Position numbers and translations under genes: made by a program. 64,000 nt of DNA, taken from assembly GCA_024704765.1 (NCBI GenBank), contig JAKMXF010000314.1, positions 174,630 to 238,629 of the forward strand. Reading direction: 5' to 3'. The notes under the pieces are model-generated. The model saw nothing but the letters and a program-made list of their open reading frames with translations, was not told the DNA's origin and did no database searches. The stretch comes from Oopsacas minuta. Taxonomy: Eukaryota; Animalia; Porifera. Positions within the stretch are counted from its first letter, which is position 1; each line of letters opens with the position of its first letter. Of this stretch, positions 12,824-25,483 are shown one piece after another.

Positions 12824-13260
12824 TTAGCTATTATTTCGTAGAGTAGCCTGCCAAACAATGAAATAATTGCGATCAGTTACAACTACAGTAGGATCAAGGT
12901 TATTCTTTATCCTCAAAGGCATATCAGGACCACCTACAATTGCTCCTTCTGAGGTTCTATAGTCCACATGCCCTTCGCCACCACTGACAATAAGTGAGGT
13001 TGCAGTAAATAGAGATTCTATTGGATTATCAATACCATCAAATATTTCTGTACGAGCAACGGTTTTACAAGCAGATAGAATAAAGCGAACTGGTCCAGTA
13101 TGACCATGAAATGACAGTTGGAATTTATCAATGGAACAAAATGGTGATGGCATTATAGATGATGTAGTCTCTGGTTTCTGAAAGGTTGAACAGTTTTCTT
13201 CTTCACTGGTTAAACTCAGACTACTTAGTGGGTACACTGATGTTACGTCTTCATCTGAAC
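12824..13260 (-). CDS. MAPK8IP3: JIP3/JIP4-like protein, terminal coding exon
   Basis: Acceptor ttgtattgtAG|GT at 13261/13260 (completes a phase-1 split codon); stop TAA 12826-12824. Motifs PFCSIDKFQLSFHGHTGPVRF, IVSGGEGHVDYR and DRNYFIVWQ match JIP3 PYCSMAQAQLCFHGH, SGGEGYIDFR and SHIIVWQ. Confidence 0.85.
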
Positions 13261-13855
13261 CTACAATACAAAACTACAAATGTTGATTATATAGGAAATA
13301 TGAGTTTTATCGGTATATATACTCTACCCAGACAAAATTAATCATGTAAATCCAAAATTTCCATATAAATAATACAATTGTGGGACTATTCTTGATATCA
13401 ATACAGTAAATATTATAATTCAAAGGCTATTTGGTATAAAATTCGCAATCTACGTATTCTGAGAAGAGATTTCTAAGAAATAATCACTAATAGTATCCAA
13501 AATTTCCAACCTTGTGCCATTCAGTGAAACCTATCACTAAATATATAATGGTTGTAAATGGTATTAAGTGGCACAAAGTGTCATGGATTGAAAATTTTCA
13601 CCATTTCATTTAGTATCTAATAGGAAGTCTGACTAAGGTTTCAAATACTTAGAATCCAAATTAGACATGGGATAGACTATAAATCTTACGGTATTAATGT
13701 ATTGGCCCGTCAAGAATAGAAGAGATACATATTATTCATTTGGAAATTTTTGCAGTGGATAAATACTTTTGCCCAAGCTGGGTATGTAGGAACATGCTAG
13801 TTCCGTACATATACAATTAGACTTTTTAGGCGCTCCCATTTATTTAGACAATGTT

Positions 13856-13879
13856 TATATATATATATATATATATATA
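13856..13879. repeat. (TA)12 microsatellite
   Basis: Read directly from the sequence. Confidence 0.95.
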
Positions 13880-14520
13880 CTTATATGTAATTAAATCATG
13901 GCTAGAGATCTGAAATTTGGATTTGATAAGCGTGGGGAGGTTCCTGCGGCCAAATAATACTATATTCAAAACAGTCTGATACTCTTTAGAAGAAATAAGT
14001 GATAATCGTTGCGTTCGGCGCTGATCTCATATATGTATGATTTGTTGAGAAGATTTTACTTTTATCTTCAACCAGTACAAGATTAGTTATTAAGAGTGTC
14101 GTTAGCCGACGTTAAACACACACTAAACAACTTAAGTCCAAGTTTTCAATTCTCTAGTAAATATTCAGCTAAATCTTTCACCAAATTTAGATGAAATCGG
14201 ACAAAGAAAATAAAAACAATACCATCACAAAGTTTATCAGTTGCAGTGAAATATAGAACTTCGTGTCTACGTATATAAGCAATACTATGACTGTGTAGTA
14301 TAGTTCAACGGTAAGGGTGTGAATATTTTATTACTATAATTATAATCATGAACATATTTGGCATATCGTGAAAATAATCATTAAGGTAATCGCCGAAGCA
14401 AAATTGGATATGGTGGAAAGAATATTATAGAACTAGTTGAGAAACAAGCGTTGATTGTTGTATATGTGTAATAATTAAATAAATTTTCATTTATTATAAT
14501 AAATACACATTATATAAATA

Positions 14521-15853
14521 CAGTTTGTCCCATAATTATTGAGACTAACATCCTTTTAATGCAACCTTGACTACTTTGCTAATACATTGTTGCCGTCAAG
14601 TTTTATTCTATTGAACAATAGTATTGAATCTATTAATAGATTTGAGCATGTCTATATTTCAATTTTATCTGTAATTTTAGTTTTCAAGTATTTTTTATGA
14701 TGATGACGTAACAATTATTGATAATAATTATTAAATTATAGATTATATATTATTATTTCTTAGATGGAACAATTAATCAAGCGGGATGAAACTAGAATAC
14801 TTCTCCAAGGAGGAAAACACACAGTAAATCAAATAGCTGCCACTCTAGGAGTTGGGCGGGCGACTGTATTTCGCGTTCAGAAAACTCTCAAAGAAGGTAC
14901 AAATTTACTTCACAAGAAAGGTGCTGGAAGGCCTGCTATTCTTAGAAACCTCATCAAGCATAGCATTGCGCAATATGTTAGGCATGATAAAAAGAAGACT
15001 ATACGTGGAATTGTTACAAATCTAGGAGAGAAAAGTGGCACTAAAGTGTCCAAGAGTACAATTGGAAGATGCCTGCAGGAAATGGAGTACAGCAAGCCTT
15101 GGGCAACACTTGTACCAATGCTAAGTGAGAAAAACAAGCTCTTACGTAATGAGTGGGGCAAGAAAAATGAGAATATTCATTGGTGTCACGCTGTGTTTGC
15201 AGATGAAGCTTCTTTCTGGCTCAAACCTGGTCGAGTTAGGCTATGGACAAAAAGAAATCGGAAAGTCATTCAGCCAACAACCAAGCATTCCGTTAAATTA
15301 CACATTTGGGTAGCCTTTTCAAGTATGGGAACCTTCCCTCTGTGTTTCTTTCGAAGGAATATGGACGCTACCTTCTTTGTCAACATATTGGAATGGCATT
15401 TGATTGAGCAAGCTGAGGTTTTTCATGGTCAGAAGTGGTTTCTCATTCAGGATAACGACCCAAAACATACCTCAAGGATCGCCAAAGCTTGGATGGAGAA
15501 AAATATGAAGAAAAACCAAAGAGAATGGCCAAGTCAAAGTCCTGAACTCAACCCAATTGAGAATATATACGGTTGGATAAAGCAAAAGCTATATAAGGAC
15601 AACTTTACTAGCTTGGTCCAATTTAAGAAGAGGATCCAAGAAATATGGGATTCTATCATTCCCCAATTTTTAGCACCATACTACAAGTCTATGAGTCATA
15701 GGTGTAGACTAGTGGTAGAACAGAATGGTTCAAAAATTAATTATTGATCTATTCGTTCGAGGTTATCGATATAATAGTTGAAAAATGTTCAATGAATAAT
15801 GTGGATTGAAATATTCTCCTTTTTGTTAGCCTCAATAATTATGGGACATAATG
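14521..15853 (+). mobile_element. Full-length Tc1-like transposon with intact ORF, antisense to the host gene
   Basis: TA-flanked 30-bp TIRs CAGTTTGTCCCATAATTATTGAGACTAACA / CATTATGTCCCATAATTATTGAGGCTAACA (3 mismatches); 1333 bp. Confidence 0.93.
14764..15747 (+). CDS. Tc1-family transposase, 327 aa, D,D35E
   Basis: Paired-like HTH region with GAGRP linker; FADEASF, IQDNDPKH, WPSQSPELNPIENI; 35 residues counted between the second D and E. Confidence 0.9.
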   Translation: MEQLIKRDETRILLQGGKHTVNQIAATLGVGRATVFRVQKTLKEGTNLLHKKGAGRPAILRNLIKHSIAQYVRHDKKKTIRGIVTNLGEKSGTKVSKSTIGRCLQEMEYSKPWATLVPMLSEKNKLLRNEWGKKNENIHWCHAVFADEASFWLKPGRVRLWTKRNRKVIQPTTKHSVKLHIWVAFSSMGTFPLCFFRRNMDATFFVNILEWHLIEQAEVFHGQKWFLIQDNDPKHTSRIAKAWMEKNMKKNQREWPSQSPELNPIENIYGWIKQKLYKDNFTSLVQFKKRIQEIWDSIIPQFLAPYYKSMSHRCRLVVEQNGSKINY

Positions 15854-16204
15854 TAATATTATTGTCTATTCATAATGTATATCACAATAATGTTCATTCA
15901 AAAATGTGGCCTTTCCCGACTTCAACGCCATGATTTTGTGAGGACCCACTTCAGTGAAGTTACAATTGAGCGACTAACTATCTTAGCGAAAAATTAATTG
16001 GAGGCACCATGAGAGGATAGTTTTAATCCCATTACACATAGTGCCACTTTTAAAACAAATTTAATTAATTGACAAAGCTGTTGGTAAAGGTTGTAAAATA
16101 TGTTTTCCTCTCTCCGCGAGGGATTTTAAATCAATTAGACAATATAATTACACTTTACTATGATTATCCAGTCCATACAATGTTCAATTTGTTTGCAATT
16201 ATTA

Positions 16205-18360
16205 CACTGCTCAACAAAGATTTTGTTGCATTTCTACCAACACTTGTTTTTACCTAATTTTGGGGCGCTGCATCTGAATCCGAACTAAGTTTTTTCTGCA
16301 AGCTCTAGACGTTTTGCAAATCGAGATGTTGAATTTTTTTCGCACAAAATTCAAATTTTTTGAACAAGTGACATGATTTGTCAAATGATGTTTTGCTTGC
16401 AGTTGAATAACTAGCCTCAAAACAAAATAGGTGCCCAAAAACTTTTATGTTGCCAATAGAAACTGTATTTGTAGACAGATAGGCAACAAATGTTTAAAAA
16501 ATGTAAAACAACAGTTTTGCTGGTAATATACATGTAAAAAATGATTTTTACAAAATGACATAGGATTGAACGATGGCAATCTACAATAGTAACTTAAAGC
16601 GATCAATGACAAGATGCAAAAGATTCAATTATTCTACAACTCTGGACAAAATTTCCTCTTATAACTTCTGCGTTGTACGCTTTGTGAGGACAGTCAGGTT
16701 TAATGCCCTAACAATAGTCTGCCATCATATGTCGGTCCCATCGACCTTGGTAGCGTTCTTCCGCTGTTATGAGATCCTGGTGGAAACGCTCTCCCTGTTC
16801 GTCACTGACAGCCCCAAGGTTTTCAGGGAATTTGTCCAGGTGGCTGTACAGAAAATGTACTTTTATGCACATGTTGCATCCCAAATCGCGAAACCCTGAG
16901 AGCATCTTGGATACAAGCATTTCATAGTTTGGAGCTTTTCTGTTACCAAGAAAGTTCTGTATAACATCCACAAAAGATAGCCATGCAGCTTTCTCCCTGA
17001 CATTCATTTTCTGAATGAAGTTTTTGTCGCGAATAAGTGTACGTATCTGTGGTCCATCAAACACTCCTGCTTTGATTTTATCATATGACAAAGCAGGGAA
17101 AGTATACACAAGATGATGAAAGGATTCATTGTCAGGATTTATGGCTTTAACGAACAGTTTCATGAGACCTAACTTGATGTGCAGGGGCGGAAAAACAATT
17201 TTGTCCCTGCTTACAATGGGGTCGTGTGTTACGTTAGGCATGCCAGCTTGAAATGTTTCACGTGAGGGCCACTCCTTGTGTGTCCAATGTTTTTCACGTG
17301 CTCTGCTGTCCCACATGCACAGATAACATGGGAATTTAGTGTATCCTTTTTGCTGACCTAGCAGATAACTAACCATTTTGAGGTCAACACAAATGATCCA
17401 GTTGTGATCATGATATCCGAGTAAATCCACAACAATTCTAATGTCATCATGCTGTTCCTTCAAGATAGTGGAGTGACCAACTGGAACAGCTCCATAAACA
17501 TTTCCATTGTGTAAAAGAACACACTTGAGGCTGCACTTGGGACTATCCAAAAACAATCGCCATTCTCCTGGATCACATGAGGAGATACCCAGTTGTCCGG
17601 GAAGACCGGGAATATCGTTGCAATATACCAGCTTATTTTCCAATGAAAAATAGGGTGAAGGAGTTCTTCTCTTTTTCAAAAAAAGGAAACCTTTACAGTT
17701 CGATCCAGCACCTGTTTTTCTTTGAGCGTGGAGGCTAACAGCTCAGCTGCTTGTTTGAGCAGATCTAAATCACGTACTAAGTCATTCAGTTCTGATTGAT
17801 TAAACTGCTGGTGGACAGTTACTCTGGTTTTACAAGAAGAATCTTCAAATTCTGATTCTGTGTCTATTTTTTGATATTCCATTTCTACGATCTTTTTCCC
17901 ATTCCAATTCACTTTCGTCATCATCAGGAATAGCAAAACCACTAAAGGCCGGAGGAGGAAGTCTATCAGAGTGCGGGACAGGTCGTATAGCTGATAGTAT
18001 GCCAGGATGACAAAGCACAAACAAATAGCCATATCTTTGAAAACATGTTGAGTAATCAGGCCTGCAAAATATTCATTTACCACGTGTTCATCATTCAGCT
18101 ATGACTAACAAGTGTTCACAATGGATCCAGATGATGCATACAAAAAGAAAAATGGCTTGATAGATAAAAAAGTATTTGGTGGAGATCAGAATTATGTAGT
18201 AAATAAGTACCACAAACGAAAAAATGTAAATTGTCGTTGCATGAAAACTAGAGCATGCAGAAGAAACTGATTGCAGATTTGAAATCAGCATCCCAAAATT
18301 GTATAGAATCAGTTAAAAAATCTCATGTAACAAAAAATGAAAAAAAATTGTTGAGCAGTG
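16205..18360 (-). mobile_element. Chapaev3-type (CMC) DNA transposon, N-terminally deleted
   Basis: 13-bp perfect TIR CACTGCTCAACAA; 3-bp TSD TTA (16202-16204, 18361-18363). 323-aa ORF 16708-17679 with WIICVDLK, PPLHIKLGLMK, FDGPQIR and HFLYSHLD.FPENLGAVSDEQGERFHQD. The N-terminal Cys-rich domain seen in the 25484 element is missing. Confidence 0.85.
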
Positions 18361-19222
18361 TTATCAGTTGACTAAATAATATTAATAGAAGGGAATATTG
18401 GAGAAAATTTGATCGGTGCAAATTAAGATTGTCAAATTCGGAATCAGCATATTGAATTACCCCCTTTCGCTTCTTGAAACAATCTTCTACGATTAATACA
18501 GGTTATATATTCGGGGAAATAAATATATTTCAAATTATCCATGGTTAATTTGAAAATATTCTATTTTAAATATAATATATATAATTAAAGCTACCGTTAA
18601 ATAGAGATACAATGAATCCATACTATATACAGGACTAGAAGTACCTGTTGTTTAAATAATATATGTTTACATATAAGAAGAATAGATTTATTACCAACAA
18701 AGTCCTATATAATAAATATTTTCATTTTCTCCCAGCAAAAACTATAAACAATATAAAAATTCTAGAAGAGTACGAAATTTTTTCTCTTTCGAAAGGTGTG
18801 AAATTTTTGCACCTTTCCTTTCATAATTATGTACTAGATGCCAGATAAAAGTTTGACCAGTGTGAAATAGTGGCACTTGGTGTCCGATTGATTAGCAAAG
18901 GGGAGAAGCACACCAGATGAATATCTTCAATATTTCTCACACCATATATCACTTTAGTTCTATCCAGTTTTGGCTACAGGACTTTCACGGAGAAATAAAA
19001 AGTATTGAAAAAATACGGAAAATATAGGCAACCATTTCAATACTGGGCCACTATACTAAAGTATAGTCGGCACATTGAAAATAGCGAAAGAATAATAAAA
19101 TAGTATGTAGAATAATTCTTAATAAAAGAAGATTGGAATGAATGAAATAATGAGTAAAATACTACCATAAATGTGAGTCACAATAGTGAAACTCTAAATA
19201 GCAGAATGTTTGAATGATAATA

Positions 19223-20353
19223 CTTGGGACATTCAATATGTTCCCTACCTGCCAAGTGCTTTTTGACCAAACTGAAAAGCCAAAAATCACATGGCGATAG
19301 ATCAGTGCTATATGGAGGATGAGGCAACTCAGCCATTCCCATTTCACTCAGCATTTCACGGACAATCTTAGATTTGTGAGTTCTGGCATTATCGTGCAAT
19401 ATTTGGTCCCCTTTGGCCCCACTACTTGGTCTCTTCGAATAGTAATGATTATCTACCTCCGTCAAACATTCCTCTACGTAAAATTGTCCGGTCATTGCAC
19501 GCTTCTTTGGGGCACAAATGGAAGCTACTATACTATGAGTATCAAAGAATATACAGTATAGGACCTTCATTACGCGGAAGTCCGGCCTGGAATTAGCGCT
19601 TGGGGTAGACCTTTAGGGAGCCACGTTTTGCTCTGTTCTTTCTCATAGGCTCAGCATGTTTAATCCAGGTCTCATCACCAGTGCAGACCTCAACTAACCT
19701 GCGGCAGTCAGCATGGTCATACAATTTCCATAACTCCTTCGCACAAGAGAGGTGGCCAGTTTTCTGATTCTCTGTGAGAATATGCAGCGTCCATCTCGAA
19801 GAAATATTTATATATTCAAGATAGTTGATCAAAATGTCATCTACACTTCCCGTTGAGATATCGAGGTATAGAGCTATCTCAGGTATAGTTGAGTTGGGAT
19901 CGTCATCAACAATATTCTTGACCATATCGATGGTATATGGCCTGATAATGGAAATAGGGCTTCCAGATTCAGCCGCATCTTCCAAGTTCTCCCTACTGTC
20001 CATAAATCTCTTGGCCCATTCTTCCACACATGAATAAGAAAGAGCATTATCCGAATATACTTTCAACATCTTTTCATGTATATCCATCGTCGTTTCACCA
20101 GGCCTTGTACAGAACTTTATTACCGCCCTTGTTCAAATTTCAAATTGAAATCCGGAGAAACCATGTATCAAAAAGGCTATACATTGTACTATGCAAGACT
20201 GCGACATTTACATATTGCAAGTCTGAATTGAATAATTTCAACTGTATTTCATAGATAAATGCAGTGGGTAAATAAGAATATACATGAAATAGAATATGAA
20301 TAGATAATTGGGCAATTATGATGTAGGGCCTAGAACATATTGAATGCCCTAAG
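19223..20353 (-). mobile_element. mariner D,D34D element, degraded, 3' internal deletion
   Basis: ORFs 19593-20087 (SRWTLHILT, CTGDETW) and 19178-19570 (HDNAR, HPPYSTDLSPCDFWLF). Imperfect TIRs CTTGGGACATTCAATATGTTC / CTTAGGGCATTCAATATGTTC; the left TIR abuts the LAGR codons. Confidence 0.8.
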
Positions 20354-23012
20354 TGAATAAAATCAATAATTATACGTGATGGCAGATATTTGAAAGAGTA
20401 AGAAGAGGATATAAATAATTTAATGCAAGAACTTCGATTAGTTATAGTGAGAAATTGGCTGATTGTGCCTAGCCAATATCTCGCTATAACAAATCGAAGA
20501 TTATGCGGATCCCAAGTAGAAAATGGCAATCATTTCTGATCCCGAAATCATATTCCTTGTAATTATTTATTCTCCTATTGATATGCTGTAAAGTACGAAA
20601 TTGAGATTTATGGTCAAGTAGAAAAATTTACTAACCACATTTCGGTCTTCCCGACCCCCCAAACTTGTCTTTAGCAGATTTTCTCAAGGTACCATTATGG
20701 ACTGGCCATAAATGGTATTTCGAGAAAATTTACTAAATATTGTACAAATAATACTATTACTTGACATTTGTTAGTGCTTTGCTTTGGGTATTCATTGTTT
20801 GTTCATATTTTACTCATTAAGATCATAGTTTGTCCATATTCTTATTTCGCTGTTGGGTTTCGCTAAAATAGGTAGTTGCTCAAAAAGGATACTGCCAAAG
20901 TGGGTTTAGCTCAAATCATAGAGCTCAAGTGGAGATGAAACTAAAATAAGAGTGTTTTGGAATAATTCTAATTATCTATTTTATCTCAGAATGATTCCGA
21001 ATATGAGTATTTTCAAAATTAAGTATATCTCAAACAATTTAATATCTTTAGGATTTACTCAAATATATATTTGTTGTAGGAGGTCATGCATGGGAATTCC
21101 ATAGATCATATTGGTGGCCTAATTGAAAATTTTTATAATCGAGGAAATATATCGCAAACGGGCAGAACGCGACACATATTTCCCGCGAATACTAGAGACA
21201 CTGAACGGCGAGGGCTGCCAGTACACGAGCACTCGCGTGTGCGGGTTGATGAATATTTGTGTTCTAGTTAACCACAGCACTTCGTGCCACGATAATTTTA
21301 TCAAAAGGCCAACAAATTTACATATCAGAACTTGAAAGTGTAAAATTCGGAATCAATGTCACAATGCGTTGTTGCGAATATCATATTCGGCATTAGCGTA
21401 CATGATCACCTCAGCATAACCGTTGAAACCGAGTTTCTGGGACTATTTAACAATTTGTTCAATCATGCCTCTATGCACAAGCTTCCATAACTCGTTTTGC
21501 ATTTTGGAATGAGATATACGTGTAGAGTCAAATATGTAAGTATCTTGCAAGAGTCACATACATGGCTAACTCGACTAAACGCTTGAAAATGGAGTAAAGC
21601 ACAGTTATCTTTTTATTCAGGCAATTTAAGAGCGTCAGCAACCATTAAAAGTCACTCAAGATGGATTTATGTTTTTATTTGATGCCGAATAGAATGTTTA
21701 CATATAAATATGATTAAATTCATTTAAAAGTGAATGCAGGAATTGATCTATATCTACTTTCATATCAAATAGCCAAAGAATTTGATACATATGCTGGCTC
21801 GTTCTTGAGGTACATTAAAGAGCAGGGATGGCACTATACATGAACATCCGATTATAACTAGAAATAGTGAGAGTAATTGTCAGTTCAGACAGCCAATTCG
21901 TAGTAAATAGCCAACATCCATAGTCTTGTAATATATGGTCATTTGAACATCACTTATTAAAATCAGAGATATCGAATCAAATGTACTAAATGGGGCATAG
22001 CAAGTCGTTTATTTGCTACAAATGGGTTATCCTGATGACATTTCCAATAGCGATTATATAATAAAACTCGGATGATACAAATTTTCAGCCCTGGTATATA
22101 CTGTAACTCAAGAACAAGCCAATTCTGGATAACCAATTTTGATATTTTGTTTGAAACTATAACTTCATGGATTCGGTTAGAAATGAAAGATGCAATAGTT
22201 AACGTTCTATAAAGGATCAAAGAATGAATATTCAAATATATAATACACATAATTGTACCAAAATGCACAGTTTCTGTAACATCGAGTCAGATAGAATTTG
22301 TTCCTTGGGGCAGAGATGGGGTGTATGAATGATTTTAGTGTGAGGTTATATTTCATTTATACTCTGGCGGTTAATCGGTTAACCGATGGTGAAATAATGT
22401 ATAGATCAACATATTTTTAATATTCAGAAGTTTACTCTAGCTGTAATGATGACAGTACTTCATTTCCTAGTCCAATATTTTGAAATTCTAAGATCACTAT
22501 CCAAGCCAGCCTAACTAAAATTTCTTAGTTGTGAGCCAAAGCTTTTTGCTGTAACGAACCAACTTGTCTATCCATCAGTTGCTTGAAAGATATACGCCAA
22601 CTTGAAATCATTCTTAGAAATGGTACTCCTATATCAGTGATGATGATCATAACAAGATACTGCGAAAGATCATAGTGATTCAGCGAAAACCCACATAATC
22701 AAGGCAATAGATAATATTCATAAATCCAATCCTGATAATAAAGAATCAGAATTAGAATTAGTAGATCAAGAGAAAGTTAATGACCCTATTTACCCCCTCG
22801 ACTCCAGTGTATTTATGCATTCAGAGTGCTACAGTCCTTACGTAATCCTATTGTTCATAAAATAATACGAATTTGAGAAACAATATGTTCTTTAATGCGG
22901 CATATAATACGGATTCATAATATGGATTCAAGTATAATAATAGCTTTAAATATTTATATTATATATAGTAGTAAAATCCTTCTCAAATTACGTATCAAGC
23001 TTTCAACTAATC

Positions 23013-23480
23013 GTAGAAGATTGGTCTAAACAGCTAAATTGATGAAATTCAATACGCGGAATCAGAATTTCCTAAATTTGAGTTTGGAACTTTTTCACAA
23101 ACATTTCGTTCATCATTTCCTTGTTTTAGTAAAATTTAGTCACTCGATACATACTGTAAACCAAATATAAATTATATGGACTCGGTACGCATATTAAATC
23201 GGATATTAATACGTTTATGGTTTTTCAATCAGAGCAAACTTGGAAAAAAGATGGTTTGTCTCAATGATCTTACCTGTATATAATGGTAGAAGATTGGTCA
23301 AGTGTAAACAGCTAAATGTGGGCAATTCAATACTATGATTCCGTATTTCATCTTTAGAAATTGTCTCGCATAAATCTCTACCAGAATTGCATTGTTTTGA
23401 ATAAAATTTAGTCAACAGATAATTATTTTAAACAAATCGAACTCTCTATGGATTTAGTAAGCGTATTAAATCGTAACTTA
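23013..23480. repeat. Diverged direct duplication, ~273-bp period
   Basis: GTAGAAGATTGGTC...AAACAGCTAAAT...AATTCAATAC...AAAATTTAGTCA...TATTAAATCG recurs at 23013 and 23286. Confidence 0.6.
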
Positions 23481-24477
23481 AAAAGTTATAAATCCGAGCG
23501 GAGCGAGGAAAAATATATACAGTCTGTACAGACAAGTTGGGCTATGAATTAAATTTTTCTATCATTATTACTATTTTAGTATAGAAATATGAGAGTATAA
23601 TTATCAGAACTCCTTAAGAACCTTCAATATTATGATATAGATTTATGATATTTCTAATTACTATATAATTAGCGCGTGTTTCGTTTGATAGGTTGCGGAG
23701 GGAGAGCTTAGTGCTCTAGGTTAGAGTAAGTATTTAGCAAATAATGCTCATAAATAACACAAAATAGTCAAAAAATTTGTGATAACGAGTAAAATGAGGT
23801 GGCACCAGTAATGAAAAATGTATATTTCACTGGCACTAAAGGGAAAAGATGTAGATAATAATGCATAAAATTTGGAGAAGGATATGTCCATCTTAGGACT
23901 CCTTATAGGGAGGATTGCTTATTGTGATATTTGAAGCATCTATATCCCGCTGTCATGCTAACAGTTTGATATCATACAATTACATCAATATAACTTATAT
24001 TTATAATCATTATGTATATAACCAAGTGTAAATATATGTAGTGTTGGGTATGTGCATTTATCTAGATGTTAAAATATGGTAGAATCAATTTTATGATATC
24101 TATATAATCTGAAATTTCCTCTAAATCTAATAGATAGAGTGAATACACTATATGAGAACATAATATATAGGAATACTATACCACATAATAATATTTTTGC
24201 ATTATATTTTCCCAAAATGCCACAATACACGATATTAATCAGAACTACGTATTTCAAGCAATTAAAGTTAGTAAAGTACATTTTTCATGAAGATTTCGTA
24301 CAATCTATAATTAATTCCTCGTTTTGTCCTCAATTTTAACTTTATACATCTATTCAAATGAAAATAATTCGAATATATATAAACTCAAATAAAACATTTA
24401 CCGTGACAAACGAATTAACTGTTGTGGAGTATAGTAATACAAACATGGTGTTGGATGCGAATTTTTGAATGCCAGTA

Positions 24478-24478
<1 letters not shown>

Positions 24479-24510
<32 letters not shown>
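24479..24510. repeat. (TA)16 microsatellite
   Basis: Read directly from the sequence. Confidence 0.95.
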
Positions 24511-24515
<5 letters not shown>

Positions 24516-24867
24516 AGGATTAGTATCAAAAATAAGTTTCCTAAAAAGAAGTCTCTGAATTATAAACTTGATTTTTGTTCCTTTGACGTGGCCCAGAGTA
24601 CTAAGTATATCTGCATAGTGTTTCCTGGAAAGCGGGTAATTTATAAGGCTTGAGAATATATGATGATATTTCCAGATGAATATTCTTAAATACAATTAGC
24701 GAACAAAAGTATTTAACGCCATCAAATGTCCAATTGAATATCCTGGATATTTGGTGAACATTTGACATATTTTAACATTGTTCTGGCAAGGTCTATGAAA
24801 CTCTTCTAATTCGAAATTTTCTACACACTTACTCATTAAGTAGAATTAGTGGGAAATTAGGAAATTA

Positions 24868-25079
24868 CAGTAGAGTTCGTCTATTAGCGATTGCTATATT
24901 AGCAAGTTTTATCGGTGCACAGAGCAAAGGTATAGGGATTTATGTATAAACAAGTTCGCTTATTAGCAAGTTTTTTAGGGTCATAATCTCCCAATTTGCA
25001 TAATTATGTTCCCCTATTAGCAAGTTCGCCTATAAGCAAGTTTTCTCATAAAACACTTGCTAATAAGCGAACTTCACTA
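24868..25079. mobile_element. MITE (pogo/Tc1-type termini, TA TSD)
   Basis: TIRs CAGTAGAGTTCGTCTATTAGC / TAGTGAAGTTCGCTTATTAGC flanked by TA; TATTAGCAAGTT-like motif repeated several times internally. Confidence 0.7.
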
Positions 25080-25483
25080 TAATTCTACATTACTAAATGC
25101 ACATAGTTCAGATGAGATAACAAATCTGATACTATATTTGAATTATACTAGTTTGTATTATCCAAGGAATATATATAATCGTTTAAAGCAATTTATGTTG
25201 ATAATTAGCATTTCAACATCTGTGCCAAATATAGAAGACGAGACACATACAAACAAGGGTTACTATATCGTATGTGAACAGAAATGTTGCAAAGTTAGAC
25301 TGTATTTTCAACCATACAAATGTTTGCAAGTCACTTAGGAGAATCTCAAATGATATAAATACTATACGCATTCTGACGCCAACATTTCAGTGATGTGCCA
25401 CTTCTGCCACATGCGGCACAAAATATTAAAGAACTAATTCATATTGCCTAATATTAAAATTTGGGTAATACAGAGCCATATAA

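Noticed and set aside
20140-20529. 129-aa minus-strand ORF and similar short ORFs (30411-30800, 51104-51484, 39610-39993, 62001-62258)
   Set aside because: No recognisable motifs; composition typical of chance ORFs in AT-rich DNA or of alternative frames of transposons.
21090-21650. CpG-richer patch with a possible hAT fragment (…KMQNELWKLV…IEQIVK… on the minus strand)
   Set aside because: Only a loose match to the Y.S..IQNE motif; no catalytic motif or termini.
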